A DNA stretch of 63,122 nucleotides, counting the filler, from Octopus bimaculoides (taxonomy: Eukaryota): assembly GCF_001194135.2 (NCBI RefSeq). It is 4 parts of 4 records of this genome, joined end to end, with 100 filler letters (N's around TTAATTAATTAA, not from the genome) between each part and the next. Parts side by side here need not be neighbours in the genome. Positions count along the whole stretch, not along the records: positions 41,025 to 56,408 come from NC_068985.1; 3 more parts are not named here. One strand, 5' to 3'. Position numbers and translations under genes: made by a program. The notes beneath the pieces are model-generated. The model did not search any database, was not told where the DNA came from, and saw nothing but the letters and a program-made list of their open reading frames with translations. This document shows, one piece after another, positions 41,575 through 54,804 of this stretch; position 1 is the stretch's first letter, and each line of letters opens with the position of its first letter.

Positions 41575-43081
41575 TATATATATATACATATATATACGAC
41601 TGGCTTCTTCCAGTTTCCGTCTACCAAATCCTCTCACAAGACTTTGGAGGCTATAGTACAAGACACTTGCCCAAGGTATTCACGCAGAGATACTGANNNN
41701 NNNNNNNNNNNNNNNNNNNNNNNNNNNNNNNNNNNNNNNNNNNNNNNNNNNNNNNNNNNNNNNNNNNNNNNNNNNNNNNNNNNNNNNNNNNNNNNNNNNN
41801 NNNNNNNNNNNNNNNNNNNNNNNNNNNNNNNNNNNNNNNNNNNNNNNNNNNNNNNNNNNNNNNNNNNNNNNNNNNNNNNNNNNNNNNNNNNNNNNNNNNN
41901 NNNNNNNNNNNNNNNNNATTTCTAGCAGGTCGTGTGATCACTTGGAGTCTCCTTCGTTGGCTCTAAACATAAACAGTATTTTTTTTTCTTCAGCTGTAAG
42001 CGTCCAAATAATGAAGAACTATGAGAGGTGGCTGAGACATTCATGCCTTGACTCACAAAGAATTTTCTACATTGATATTGTTTTAATATCAATATAGAAA
42101 GAAATAGAGAGAGGAGGGGGGGAAGAGAGAAGGGGGGAGAGGGGGAGGGGAAGAGGGTGGATAGTAATGACTCAGTCAACCACCCTGGACCCCCCCATCA
42201 ACATCAATGCTCTATCCCCACCTCTCGCATCACCACTCCCACCAACACCTTCAAACTCCAGGAACACTCCACTACTACTACCACTACCCCTACGAACACC
42301 ATCACCGCCACCACCTTCACCATCATCCCTACCATCACCACCTCCAACCATTGTTCCACCTTCCCTCGCTGCTCTTTCTTTAATTGCACCAATATGAAAC
42401 ACCTTTTCTTTCTCATCCGAACTTCTTAATTATCTCTTCTGAATCTTCGCCCATCCTCTTCTTTCTCTTCCTCCCCCCCCCACTCCCTATGTCTTACCCT
42501 TTATCTCTCTTTTTCCTTCCTCAACCATTTGCATTTCTTCTTTCTTCCTTTCTTTCTTTATCCTTTATGTATTTCTTCCTTCATCCGAAATCTTACTCCT
42601 CTTCCCCCATCCACCACAACCTCTTCCGATAGCTCTTGTTTCTTCATTAAATTGCATTGTACCTCCTCACATGACCACTGGACACTTCTAGTTGACTGCA
42701 GCTAATCGCATTGACCAGATCAATACGCATGCGCTGAACTACAAAATCTCTTTTGGAACAAGCGTCTTAATATAAAACTGATTAACGAATGTCACCATTT
42801 CTCCTTATTTCAGACTGGCCTTCCTTCGACCAGTTCCTGTAAATAATATACCTGACCCTTCTACGACTCTTTTGATCTCCACACAATATTTAAAACCCTT
42901 ATCAAATCAACATAAAGAGAGGTCAAATTACTGTAAAGAAATTAAGCTCGTAGAAATGAGTCTGGTATTGATCACCACAGTTGAATTACCGAGAAACATA
43001 ACTCCACTGTGTTTCCACCTTCTGTCTATGGACACTTGCGCCCTCTCCTGTCTGTCTGTGAGTATGTATCTCTCTCCCTCC

Positions 43082-43144
<63 letters not shown>

Positions 43145-43624
43145 ACATAATCCTTTGTGAATACTTTATGAATATTCGAACTTAATACAACAGTACTTAT
43201 TTATTTTGTTCGTCTCGCTATTTTGGCAAAGAATTTACTACTCTATAATGAAACAAATATACTTGAATCATACTTAGAAGTAATTTCAGTCTTTTCAACT
43301 TCATATGTTATTATCATGTGGACTTCTTTATTTCTGTTTACAGTTAATTAGATCAAGCTTTTCAGGGCGCACATTTACAAAATGAATGTTCAAGTTTTAC
43401 CTTTTCTTATGAGCATCATGCAGGCAAACTACCGAAAGACCAGCTATATCAGGGGTATCAAACTCGTTCGGTTTTGCGAGCTGGTTTGAAGCATAAACTA
43501 GACTAGATCTCGCGGGCCGTTTAAGGAGAACCATTCATTAAAAACAAAAAAGCCCTGTTCCCAACGTGGGCTAAATGGATCAATATATCAATACATTATA
43601 ACGATATATATATAATCATTATAA

Positions 43625-43672
<48 letters not shown>

Positions 43673-43813
43673 TACATTATAATGATATATATAATCAAAA
43701 CATAATGCAACAAAACAAGATGGTGTTAGCAAAGTTTGTGTTCAGTGATGAAGCAAAAATTCATCTACGCGGTATACATACGCACATATGTATGATTGTA
43801 TATGTACGACGAC

Positions 43814-43908
43814 GAAGAAGAAGAAGAAGAAGAAGAAGAAGAAGAAGAAGAAGAAGAAGAAGAAGAAGAAGAAGAAGAAGAAGAAGAAGAAGAAGAAGAA
43901 GAAGAAGA
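43814..43908 (+). repeat. (GAA)n microsatellite
   Basis: About 31 perfect GAA units. Confidence 0.95.
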
Positions 43909-44038
43909 ATCGCACACGTATAGTTGTGATGCATGTGCCTGATGTACCCTTATCAGACGGGTAATCATGATGGGTATACTGGGATTCGTATATTTTAACC
44001 CAGTGCCACGTTGATGGCATGCACTATTCTCTCACTCG

Positions 44039-44108
<70 letters not shown>

Positions 44109-45139
44109 TAATAAGAACAACAACAACGACAAAAACAGCAATAACATTCTGAAATTGAGTCGGGACCCGATTAAACCTTGTTGCAGACTGGATCTACCTT
44201 GTGAGTCGTAGTGAGGGAAACACTAGTGGGGAAACTCTACAGGAAAAGAGAATTTACGGACAACGAAGTTTCATTCGGAAACTCAACTCGATGAGATATA
44301 ATAAAGATTATAGAACTTTGTGGCGCTTCACTCTATTTTTACCAGTAACGTTGCACTTTGTCGTAACAAACAACCACGGAAGAAAGTTATGCCGCAGCAA
44401 ATGATCAAGGAAACTGAATTGCTTAGCAAGACTAGTAGACGAAGACGAGTACTTTCTAAACTGCCACCAGCACCAGCACTATCTACTCAACAAGATTTAA
44501 GAAAATTTCCGAAGAAGTAATTGAAAAGACAAATGAAAGAACTATACTGGTGAAACCGCAAACATTTTCAAGTATCGTTTCTTTTATTGTCTCTCACTTC
44601 ATACACTTCAGGGAACAGGAAAAATTCAACGTCTCTCACAATTTGACTGGAAACTAGACAAGAGAAACAGGCATGAGAAACATGGAACAAAGTTGATCGG
44701 AGTAAGCCATGCTTTAACAGGATACATACAACATTGAAGACAATCCCTGATTGAAGCGTTCCAGATCCTCAACCAACCGGCAACATCCTTCATCGGAACT
44801 CAGAGCTATTGCCTAACTGTAGCCACAGGAAGAAGTTCCGCTTTGAAAATATTCAAAATTCCCAAACTCCTGTATTTAACTCCTGAAAATCTACTTGAAA
44901 GTCTCGATAAAACTCTGCTTTAGCTCAGGCCAAACAACCTAAAGGAGTAACTGCCCTCCAAGGCGATAACACTGAGTACTTTCCCACTGCAAAACAAGAA
45001 CAATAACTCTGCAGGCTTCGATAACACTGATCATATGACCATCCATAACCAATAAGAAACGATATTAGAAATGCACTTCCGAGCATGAGATATATTGTCG
45101 ACTTCCAGCTTATAATTTGAACAATCACAAGGAACTTAC

Positions 45140-45600
45140 CTTAAAGAGATTTTTAATAACAGGTAGATTCGACGGAAAGAATCGGTAGAATACACTCCGC
45201 GTTCACCGAACATCACAGCACAAGATTAAAATTTTATGAGGATACTTAAAAGATAAAATTTAAGGAACAAAACCAGTAACAATCAATGAACTGAGGGCAG
45301 CTATTGAACGAGAATATACAAAAATACGAGAATACGACAAAAAAGTTTCTTGGGGTTTATGATGCCCTTGTTTTACGTTATCAACAGTGCCTGGACCAGC
45401 TTGAAAAGAGGTGTTCATAAATTTGATGATACTTAAAAGATAAAGTTTATGATACAAAACCAGCAGCAGTCGACGAATTAACTGCAGTCATTGAACGAGA
45501 ATGAACACAAATACTGACCGAAAAGTCTCTTGATGTTTACGATTCAGTTGTCAAAACGATCATCGGTTTGAAAAGAGGCGATCGTCAATAAATAAATTAT
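45140..45600 (+). mobile_element. Tc1/mariner-superfamily transposase C-terminus, with internal tandem duplication
   Basis: VEYTPRSPNIT...GYLKDK...KPVTINELRAAIERE; the YLKDK-to-IERE block repeats at ~45430-45510. Confidence 0.7.
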
Positions 45601-46116
45601 GTTTATAGATTCTATAAAATTTTCAAAATGAAATGTATTTTATAAACATTGAATTTATAAGCTTATAAACACTATATGTGTGTGGGGGTGAGTGTATATG
45701 TGTGAGCGTGTGTGTGTATACATATATGTGTNNNNNNNNNNNNNNNNNNNNNNNNNNNNNNNNNNNNNNNNNNNNNNNNNNNNNNNNNNNNNNNNNNNNN
45801 NNNNNNNNNNNNNNNNNNNNNNNNNNNNNNNCCTACATCTATATGTATACATACATGCATATATGTGTACAGGACATAAAACACAATAAGAAACGTTAAA
45901 CACAATAAGAAACGAAAACAGAAAAATGGAAACAGAAAACGAACTTTTTTCGTACAACGAAAATAACAAACAGAGAAATGAGACGCAACATAAAGAGTAT
46001 ACCCCTTCGTCAGTTGTCACTGTTCCATCTACTCAACAAACAGTAAAAGGTTGCCATTATAGTACTCCAGCCGTGTGAAATAATTCAGCTTACAGGTGAT
46101 TACATTAGTGTAAAGT

Positions 46117-46253
46117 CTACAAATTCCTGGTCACCGCAGCCGTCTTAGCTCACTGACCCACAGTGGTCAGACCCCCAGCTCTAAAGAGTGGGGTCGGGGT
46201 ACACGGAATGACTTTTATTCTAAAACTACTTAGCGCAGGCAAGACGAAAAGCC
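46117..46253 (-). other. Candidate exon or pseudo-exon, copy 2 of the tandem duplicated module
   Basis: Acceptor tttccattattgcag|GG at the homologous position (offset 1415 bp). Phase-1 frame GLFVLPALSSFRIKVIPCTPTPLFRAGGLTTVGQ* has a CGA>TGA stop at 46150-46152. Confidence 0.3.
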
Positions 46254-46315
46254 CTGCAATAATGGAAATAATCCTCTATTTATCTAATATCGAGGTCTCA
46301 TTCTTTTGCTGTTGC

Positions 46316-46387
<72 letters not shown>

Positions 46388-46439
46388 GTGTGTGTGTGTG
46401 TTTGTGTGTGGTGTGTATTTATATATGTATGTATGTATG

Positions 46440-46470
<31 letters not shown>

Positions 46471-47235
46471 CTATCTATCTATNNNNNNNNNNNNNNNNNN
46501 NNNNNNNNNNNNNNNNNNNNNNNNNNNNNNNNNNNNNNNNNNNNNNNNNNNNNNNNNNNNNNNNNNNNNNNNNNNNNNNNNNNNNNNNNNNNNNNNNNNN
46601 NNNNNNNNNNNNNNNNNNNNNNNNNNNNNNNNNNNNNNNNNNNNNNNNNNNNNNNNNNNNNNNNNNNNNNNNNNNNNNNNNNNNNNNNNNNNNNNNNNNN
46701 NNNNNNNNNNNNNNNNNNNNNNNNNNNNNNNNNNNNNNNNNNNNNNNNNNNNNNNNNNNNNNNNNNNNNNNNNNNNNNNNNNNNNNNNNNNNNNNNNNNN
46801 NNNNNNNNNNNNNNNNNNNNNNNNNNNNNNNNNNNNNNNNNNNNNNNNNNNNNNNNNNNNNNNNNNNNNNNNNNNNNNNNNNNNNNNNNNNNNNNNNNNN
46901 NNNNNNNNNNNNNNNNNNNNNNNNNNNNNNNNNNNNNNNNNNNNNNNNNNNNNNNNNNNNNNNNNNNNNNNNNNNNNNNNNNNNNNNNNNNNNNNNNNNN
47001 NNNNNNNNNNNNNNNNNNNNNNNNNNNNNNNNNNNNNNNNNNNNNNNNNNNNNNNNNNNNNNNNNNNNNNNNNNNNNNNNNNNNNNNNNNNNNNNNNNNN
47101 NNNNNNNNNNNNNNNNNNNNNNNNNNNNNNNNNNNNNNNNNNNNNNNNNNNNNNNNNNNNNNNNNNNNNNNNNNNNNNNNNNNNNNNNNNNNNNNNNNNN
47201 NNNNNNNNNNNNNNNNNNNNNNNNNNNNNNNNNNN

Positions 47236-47267
<32 letters not shown>

Positions 47268-47531
47268 CATATATATGCATGCATTTAACCTCTTGTCAGG
47301 TTGAAAATGTAAACACAGAAAGATGCTCACATATATTTACATATATACAAAAATGTATATATTCATAAACATACATATACATGTTGAAATCTGTCGCGGC
47401 ACATAAGGCCCGTTTATCATCAGTATATCAGATAGGGAGTTGGTGTTGAAATATTTATTAAACCCAGGATAGGTGGGGCTCTGGGCTCTGGAAGGTAATT
47501 CACCTTAGAGATAACTACATCAATGTAAAGC

Positions 47532-47668
47532 CTACAACTTCCTGGTCACCGCAGCCGTCTTAGCTCGCTGATCCACAGTAGTCAGACCTCCAGGTCTAAA
47601 TAGCGGGATCGGTGTGCATGGGATGACTTTTGATTTAAAACTACTCAGCGTAGGCAAGAAGAAAAGTC
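47532..47668 (-). other. Candidate exon, copy 1 of a tandem duplicated module
   Basis: Strong acceptor gtttttatcccttttctatcatcgtag|GA. Only the phase-1 frame stays open for long (GLFFLPTLSSFKSKVIPCTPIPLFRPGGLTTVDQRAKTAAVTRKL*), matching the phase-1 donor at 57183. Ungapped homology to 46117-46253. Confidence 0.35.
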
Positions 47669-48342
47669 CTACGATGATAGAAAAGGGATAAAAACGACAG
47701 GTAAGGGACGGTACTGGTAATCGCAGCCTCAACTCTGCATACAGGTACCGATCTTCCTCGTGGTTTTCGAAGACGATCTGCAGGCAATTTATTAAACGTA
47801 AGTAGACGATTCTGACAGAAGCTGAGAGATGTGATATAACAACCCAAGTATTGTTTTGGAAGCTAATTTGTAAACATGGCCAAATCAAGTTCATTTACGT
47901 ATGCATATACACATATGTAGACACACTCACGCATGCATTTCCCTTCAGACAGGAAGATGTATGAGAGAACGAAAAGGGGAATGAAGAATTTTGTTTTAAA
48001 ATTTTTTTAAAAATATGGTTTGATGCTTGGAGAAGAGTGATAAAGTCATTTCGATATTTCGGACATTGCCATTCTTTGGAATATCGGTGGAGCGTGTAAA
48101 GAGGAGGGTGGGAGAACTCGAGGATCCTACACGAAAATGAACCAAAAGTAAAGAACAACAAAAATACAACAAAAAAAGGAAAACTCCAAACAAAATTACT
48201 GACAAATTGCTTAAATGATATACGTGTAGACAACACAAACACGCACATACACACATACATATATATATAGAAATGTATATATCTGAGTGTGTGTGTGTGT
48301 GTGTGTATGTATGTGTACTTATATGTATCAATCTATGTATGT

Positions 48343-48393
<51 letters not shown>

Positions 48394-49934
48394 CTCGTAT
48401 ATATATGTATAATGTAATATATAAATTATGTGATGGACAGGTAAACAGATAGATAAATAGATAGATGGATAGATATCTTTTAAATTCGTTCATGGTAATA
48501 TTGAAGGTATGTAAATAAAGCTCATATTTCATTATACCAGCTACCGTGTAATGATACTAACTAGTAAGTCAGTTTTTCGGGGTTGCATTATGGTTATACC
48601 GATATAATGCAGGATAAATATAATAATAATTCCAGGATGGAATTTGTAAATATTAAGTGGTGATACTCCGGCGGTCGTTTTACGGGTACAGTAACCCACA
48701 CAAATAAAGGATATTCTTATCCAAATTTTAGACACTGCCTCCTTCATCGGGTAGAATGTATTACATTAAAAATATTTTAATAATTTGCATACACCAGTTT
48801 TATGGCTGAGTATATGTTGTATTATCATTCTAATAAAACCTACCTGAATTCTCTTTTTAAATATAATATAATATAATATATATNNNNNNNNNNNNNNNNN
48901 NNNNNNNNNNNNNNNNNNNNNNNNNNNNNNNNNNNNNNNNNNNNNNNNNNNNNNNNNNNNNNNNNNNNNNNNNNNNNNNNNNNNNNNNNNNNNNNNNNNN
49001 NNNNNNNNNNNNNNNNNNNNNNNNNNNNNNNNNNNNNNNNNNNNNNNNNNNNNNNNNNNNNNNNNNNNNNNNNNNNNNNNNNNNNNNNNNNNNNNNNNNN
49101 NNNNNNNNNNNNNNNNNNNNNNNNNNNNNNNNNNNNNNNNNNNNNNNNNNNNNNNNNNNNNNNNNNNNNNNNNNNNNNNNNNNNNNNNNNNNNNNNNNNN
49201 NNNNNNNNNNNNNNNNNNNNNNNNNNNNNNNNNNNNNNNNNNNNNNNNNNNNNNNNNNNNNNNNNNNNNNNNNNNNNNNNNNNNNNNNNNNNNNNNNATA
49301 TATATATATATATATATATATATAACCATAAATTAATCTGATTCATCTTCAACAACTTAAGAATTAATTAATTAGAGTTACAAGAGCTTATTGCAAAGAA
49401 ATAAGACGGGAATTATGGATGCAGAATGAACCAACAAATATTTAAGATGCATATAATTATACATGTGTGTATGTGAGTTTCTGTGTGCGCATGCGTATGA
49501 ATATGTGTGTGTGTGCGCGCACACACACACACACCACTGTATATACAATGCTTTTACTTTCCATCATATTTCTTTCAGAAAGACATTCGTTGTCGTTCTA
49601 ATTATATGTTGATTAGTTATAGATAACTCTCAATGCAAGACCTACTTTCTTTCAATCGCTGGTTTATCAAAGGTTCATTTCGACCGCTAGGGAAGGGACT
49701 TCGAAGCTTATGATGGTGATACGGAGCAATTCATTTCTATTCTGATTCACTGCAAACACCATTGACTTAAGTAATCCAAGGTTTAAATACGATGACTTTA
49801 GAAGTTTTAAGAGAAAGTTCGACTAAAAAAGGTTTCCGAAATGTTATTTTAAAAGTTTACTATTGCGTGTCTCTTCTATGTATATAGAATATATATTTCC
49901 ATACAGGTATGTATACGCGCGCGTGTGTGTGTGT

Positions 49935-50040
<106 letters not shown>

Positions 50041-50179
50041 ATGTATTTATGTATATATGTAAATATATACATATGTGCATATAGATGTGTATGTGTCTGT
50101 GTGTGTATGTATACAAACATCCATATATACATATATTCAAATACAAATATACATGCATATCTTTTACGTATATATGTAC

Positions 50180-50263
<84 letters not shown>

Positions 50264-52239
50264 GCGCACGTCTTTGAGTTTGTGTTGATCACTCACCGTC
50301 GCTTGACAACCATAGTTGGTTTATTTACGTCCCTGCAAATAGCGGTTCGACAAAACAGACAGATGGACATTTAAGTGGACATTTAATAAATCGATGTTAA
50401 TTAATATCTGATTTTTTACCCTATGTTTTAATTTTATTTATATATATATATATATTGTTGTGTCTGGGAAGAGTCATTCTGTTTTAATGTCTAATTAATT
50501 AACACACTCACCGATTCGATTTCCAGTCATTTAGTTATTTAATTTGATTTNNNNNNNNNNNNNNNNNNNNNNNNNNNNNNNNNNNNNNNNNNNNNNNNNN
50601 NNNNNNNNNNNNNNNNNNNNNNNNNNNNNNNNNNNNNNNNNNNNNNNNNNNNNNNNNNNNNNNNNNNNNNNNNNNNNNNNNNNNNNNNNNNNNNNNNNNN
50701 NNNNNNNNNNNNNNNNNNNNNNNNNNNNNNNNNNNNNNNNNNNNNNNNNNNNNNNNNNNNNNNNNNNNNNNNNNNNNNNNNNNNNNNNNNNNNNNNNNNN
50801 NNNNNNNNNNNNNNNNNNNNNNNNNNNNNNNNNNNNNNNNNNNNNNNNNNNNNNNNNNNNNNNNNNNNNNNNNNNNNNNNNNNNNNNNNNNNNNNNNNNN
50901 NNNNNNNNNNNNNNNNNNNNNNNNNNNNNNNNNNNNNNNNNNNNNNNNNNNNNNNNNNNNNNNNNNNNNNNNNNNNNNNNNNNNNNNNNNNNNNNNNNNN
51001 NNNNNNNNNNNNNNNNNNNNNNNNNNNNNNNNNNNNNNNNNNNNNNNNNNNNNNNNNNNNNNNNNNNNNNNNNNNNNNNNNNNNNNNNNNNNNNNNNNNN
51101 NNNNNNNNNNNNNNNNNNNNNNNNNNNNNNNNNNNNNNNNNNNNNNNNNNNNNNNNNNNNNNNNNNNNNNNNNNNNNNNNNNNNNNNNNNNNNNNNNNNN
51201 NNNNNNNNNGGGGAGAGAGGGAGGGAGCAAGAGAGAGCTCACATGCAAGAAGTACTCAATAACGAAGTAGAGTCCAATTATTCATATTATCTTCTATCAC
51301 TCCTTAGATAATTTGTAGAAAGGTACAGTCAAATTGAATCGACTGCAGTTTTTTAATTAGTAATTATTTTATCGATCACTAAAGAGTAAAATACAAAGCT
51401 AGCATAGACAAGATTTGAACTCAGGATGTTAAGGGTTGTAACAAAACACTGGAACGTATGGGAGCGTTTTTTGCGATTTTTGTATCGATCCCTTCCTGAC
51501 AGGTTTGATATAATAACTGTGAAATGTGACATCAATCTACGTTTTAAATGCAATTTGACCTTTATTTCACCGAGGTGACAATAAAGTGCGGATTATTTGA
51601 CTGTAATATTCGATTTATGTGGCAATAACGTTTATTTTATTGTAACACAAGCGTGAAAAGAGGGGAATAAAGCGAAAATAATAATAATGATAATAATAAC
51701 AACAACAACAACAATAACAACCTCAACAACAAGCGTATTAAAACGTAAAAGAAGGTTTTTTATAGCCTTGCGGTACAATAATGCTTTGTCCGCATAACAA
51801 TAATGTTTATCTTGCGTGACAAAAATACTTGTCATGTGTCACCTAAATGTTTGCCTTATGTGCTAATAATATCTATCATGTATATGAAATTCACTTCATT
51901 CGTGTGTCAATTGCTGTTTACCTTATATGGTTGTCAAGGAAAGGAAAAGGTGTTTAATTTACAGGCGAGAAAATTACGACAGTCAACGATTTCTCCATGC
52001 TTCTATCTTTTCTTTATTTGCGACATGTACAACTTCGGTCATCACGAATATAGAATAGCGGGTTGTGGAAGTGGTGGAGATAGGTTTGTTGTCCTGCTTG
52101 TAAAGTTGATAGATTTTGAGCTAGATGTGTTGATGGACGTTAGAAAAAGTTTACAAGGGGCATATTACATGCACGTCCGTAACAGTGTGTGTGTTGTATT
52201 TAGTTGTACTACTTCAACGTAGGTTAATTGTAGGCTAAA

Positions 52240-52900
52240 CATTTATTGTACTAATACGGTTCAGTGCTTCACAAAGATTAGTTTCATCCTATGTACGTGC
52301 ATTTTCAGCTTCTTCAAAGCAAATGCTGAGATGTGTAGTATGTACACCAGCTTCTACATAGGATGTGCTTCACTGAGATTTATCTACAGACAAGTTAGCT
52401 GTACCCGTAAGTCTTTGTATCACCCTGTGTTCCTGATATCCACATTGGTTATTACGTGACTAACGTTTTTAGTGGAGAATACACCACTAGCATTGCCCAA
52501 ACGACCTTAACATTAGATTCAGAATTCATCCATGGTTATGACCACGTGCCATAGGCTCCCAACACAATTCAGGCTCGCAACACATGAACTCACTGCAACA
52601 CAGTTTCTTTTTCTCAACAGGTTCTGTTTGATTTAACATTATCCCAAATCAAATAAAAGAAGAAAGACATCCCATCCCAACGAAACCTGGACAAATTTCT
52701 TCAAGGGATACCAGATAAGCCACCCATACTTGGATACATTTCAGTCAAAAACCACTCGTTGCTTGAATGGGCCATGATACCACAAAATTTGATTTTAAAA
52801 TGACTTAACAGATTCCTTTAGGTGGTGCTATTAAGTTAGACATGACCTGGGCCAGTCTTTGGCCGAAACATATCTAAGTTACCAAAGTTATCTTTTTGAC
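52240..52900 (+). mobile_element. CR1/L2-like LINE 3' end remnant
   Basis: NLDKFLQGIPDKPPILGY...NHSLLEW at ~52683-52770, typical of CR1/L2-group ORF2 C-termini. Confidence 0.6.
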
Positions 52901-52988
52901 TTTATAAACTTTATTGCACATGACCAGCTGCACCAGATTCATTTAGAAAAAGCATATTTTCTTTAACGTGATTCTTTTATTCTTTTAT

Positions 52989-53409
52989 TCTTTTATTTGT
53001 TTCAGTCATTTGACTGCGGCCATGCTGGAGCACCGCCTTTAGTCGAGCAAATCGACTCCAGGACTTCTACTTTGTAAGCCTAGTACTTATTCTATCGGTC
53101 CATTTTGCCGAACCGCTAAGTTACGGGGACATAAACACACCAGCATTGGTTGTCAAGCAATGCAAGAAGCCCGTCGTATATATGTATATATATGTGCGTG
53201 TGTATATGTTTGTGTGTCTGTGTTTGTCCCCCTAGCATTGCTTGACAACCAATGCTGGTGTGTTTATGTCCCCGTAACTTAGCGGTTCGGCAAAAGAGAT
53301 CGATAGAATAAGTACTAGGCTTACAAAGTAGAAGTCCTGGGGTCGATTTGCTCGGCTAAAGGCGGTGCTCCAGCATGGCCACAGTCAAATGACTGAAACA
53401 AGTAAAAGA
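52989..53409. mobile_element. SINE 3' tail with inverted self-duplication (~175-bp arms)
   Basis: 52989-53163 is the reverse complement of 53235-53409 with few mismatches; both arms share variants absent from other copies here. Confidence 0.85.
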
Positions 53410-54381
53410 GTATACCTGCATTTCATTTAAATATTTAAGCAAATTTCATATCTACTTAATTTAAGGCGAAGATCTAGCAGAATCGTTACTGTGCCGGGGA
53501 AAATACTTAGCAGCATTTCGTCCGATTTCAGGTTCTGAGTTCAAACTCCGCCGAGGTCGACTTTGCTTTTTATCCTTTCGGAGTCGATAAAATGAGTACC
53601 AGTTGAGCACTGGAGTCGATCTAATCGATTTACCCACCCACCCGAAATTGCTGGCCTTTTACCAAAATTTGAAATCAATATTTGCTTCATTTAGAGTGTG
53701 TTGGCTTGTGAGACGGAAATTTATAGTGTGTTGACCCTTGATACAGAAAAATCAATCATCCAGAAAGATTTTCTCACCAAAAGTTCCTGGGAGCTGATGC
53801 TGTACTTGTGTATTTATATTTTTATTGCTTACAGGGGGCTAAACATAGAGAGGACAAACAAGGATAGACAAAGGGATTAAGTCGATTACATCGACCCCAG
53901 TGCGTAACTGGTACTTATTTAATCGACCCCGAAAGGATGAAAGGTAATGTCGACCTCAACGGAATTTGAACTCAGAACGTAACAGCAGCCGAAATACCGC
54001 TAAGCATTTCGCCCAACGTGCTAACGATTCTGCCAGATCACACCGCCCTTGTATATCAGCTTGAGTTTTTGGTTGATTTTTTTTTTCTTTTTTTTCTTAG
54101 TCGATAAATTTCTTTCGTAGTTTTTGCGGAGTTGACAAAATCTTATAATTTGTGGACTTGCTAAATTGATTGGATTACAAACCTAAAAGAGAATTAATTG
54201 AATAAATAAATGAACTACTAAATGCAAAATTTAAGAAAGAAACCTGTAATGAAGAAGTTAAGAGAATTTACGTATTTTCGTGTGTGTATATATATTCTTA
54301 CGAATGTTTGCTTGTAAAATAACGTCACATATCGGCCCAGGCACGTATCTATGTAAATGCATGTGTGCGTTTGTATATATG

Positions 54382-54450
<69 letters not shown>

Positions 54451-54661
54451 GTATGCTTATATACATATTTATGCATATGTATATGCATATGTATATGCAC
54501 ACACATATATGTGTGTATATGTGTGTGCATACATACATGTATATACATATACATACATGCATAAATATATATATATATGTGTGTGTGTGTATATGTGTGT
54601 ATATATGTATTTATATATATATGTGTATATATATATGTGTGTGTGTGTGTGTGTATTTTTA

Positions 54662-54703
<42 letters not shown>

Positions 54704-54730
54704 NNNNNNNNNNNNNNNNNNNNNNNNNNN

Positions 54731-54804
<74 letters not shown>

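Noticed and set aside
45133-45145. Strong minus-strand donor AAG|GTAAGT
   Set aside because: Lies at the edge of a plus-strand transposase remnant with no matching acceptor or open frame; likely chance.
46150-47600. Conserved in-frame TGA on the plus strand as selenocysteine with a downstream SECIS
   Set aside because: No upstream open frame or start codon, and the hairpin lacks SECIS AUGA/GA quartet geometry.
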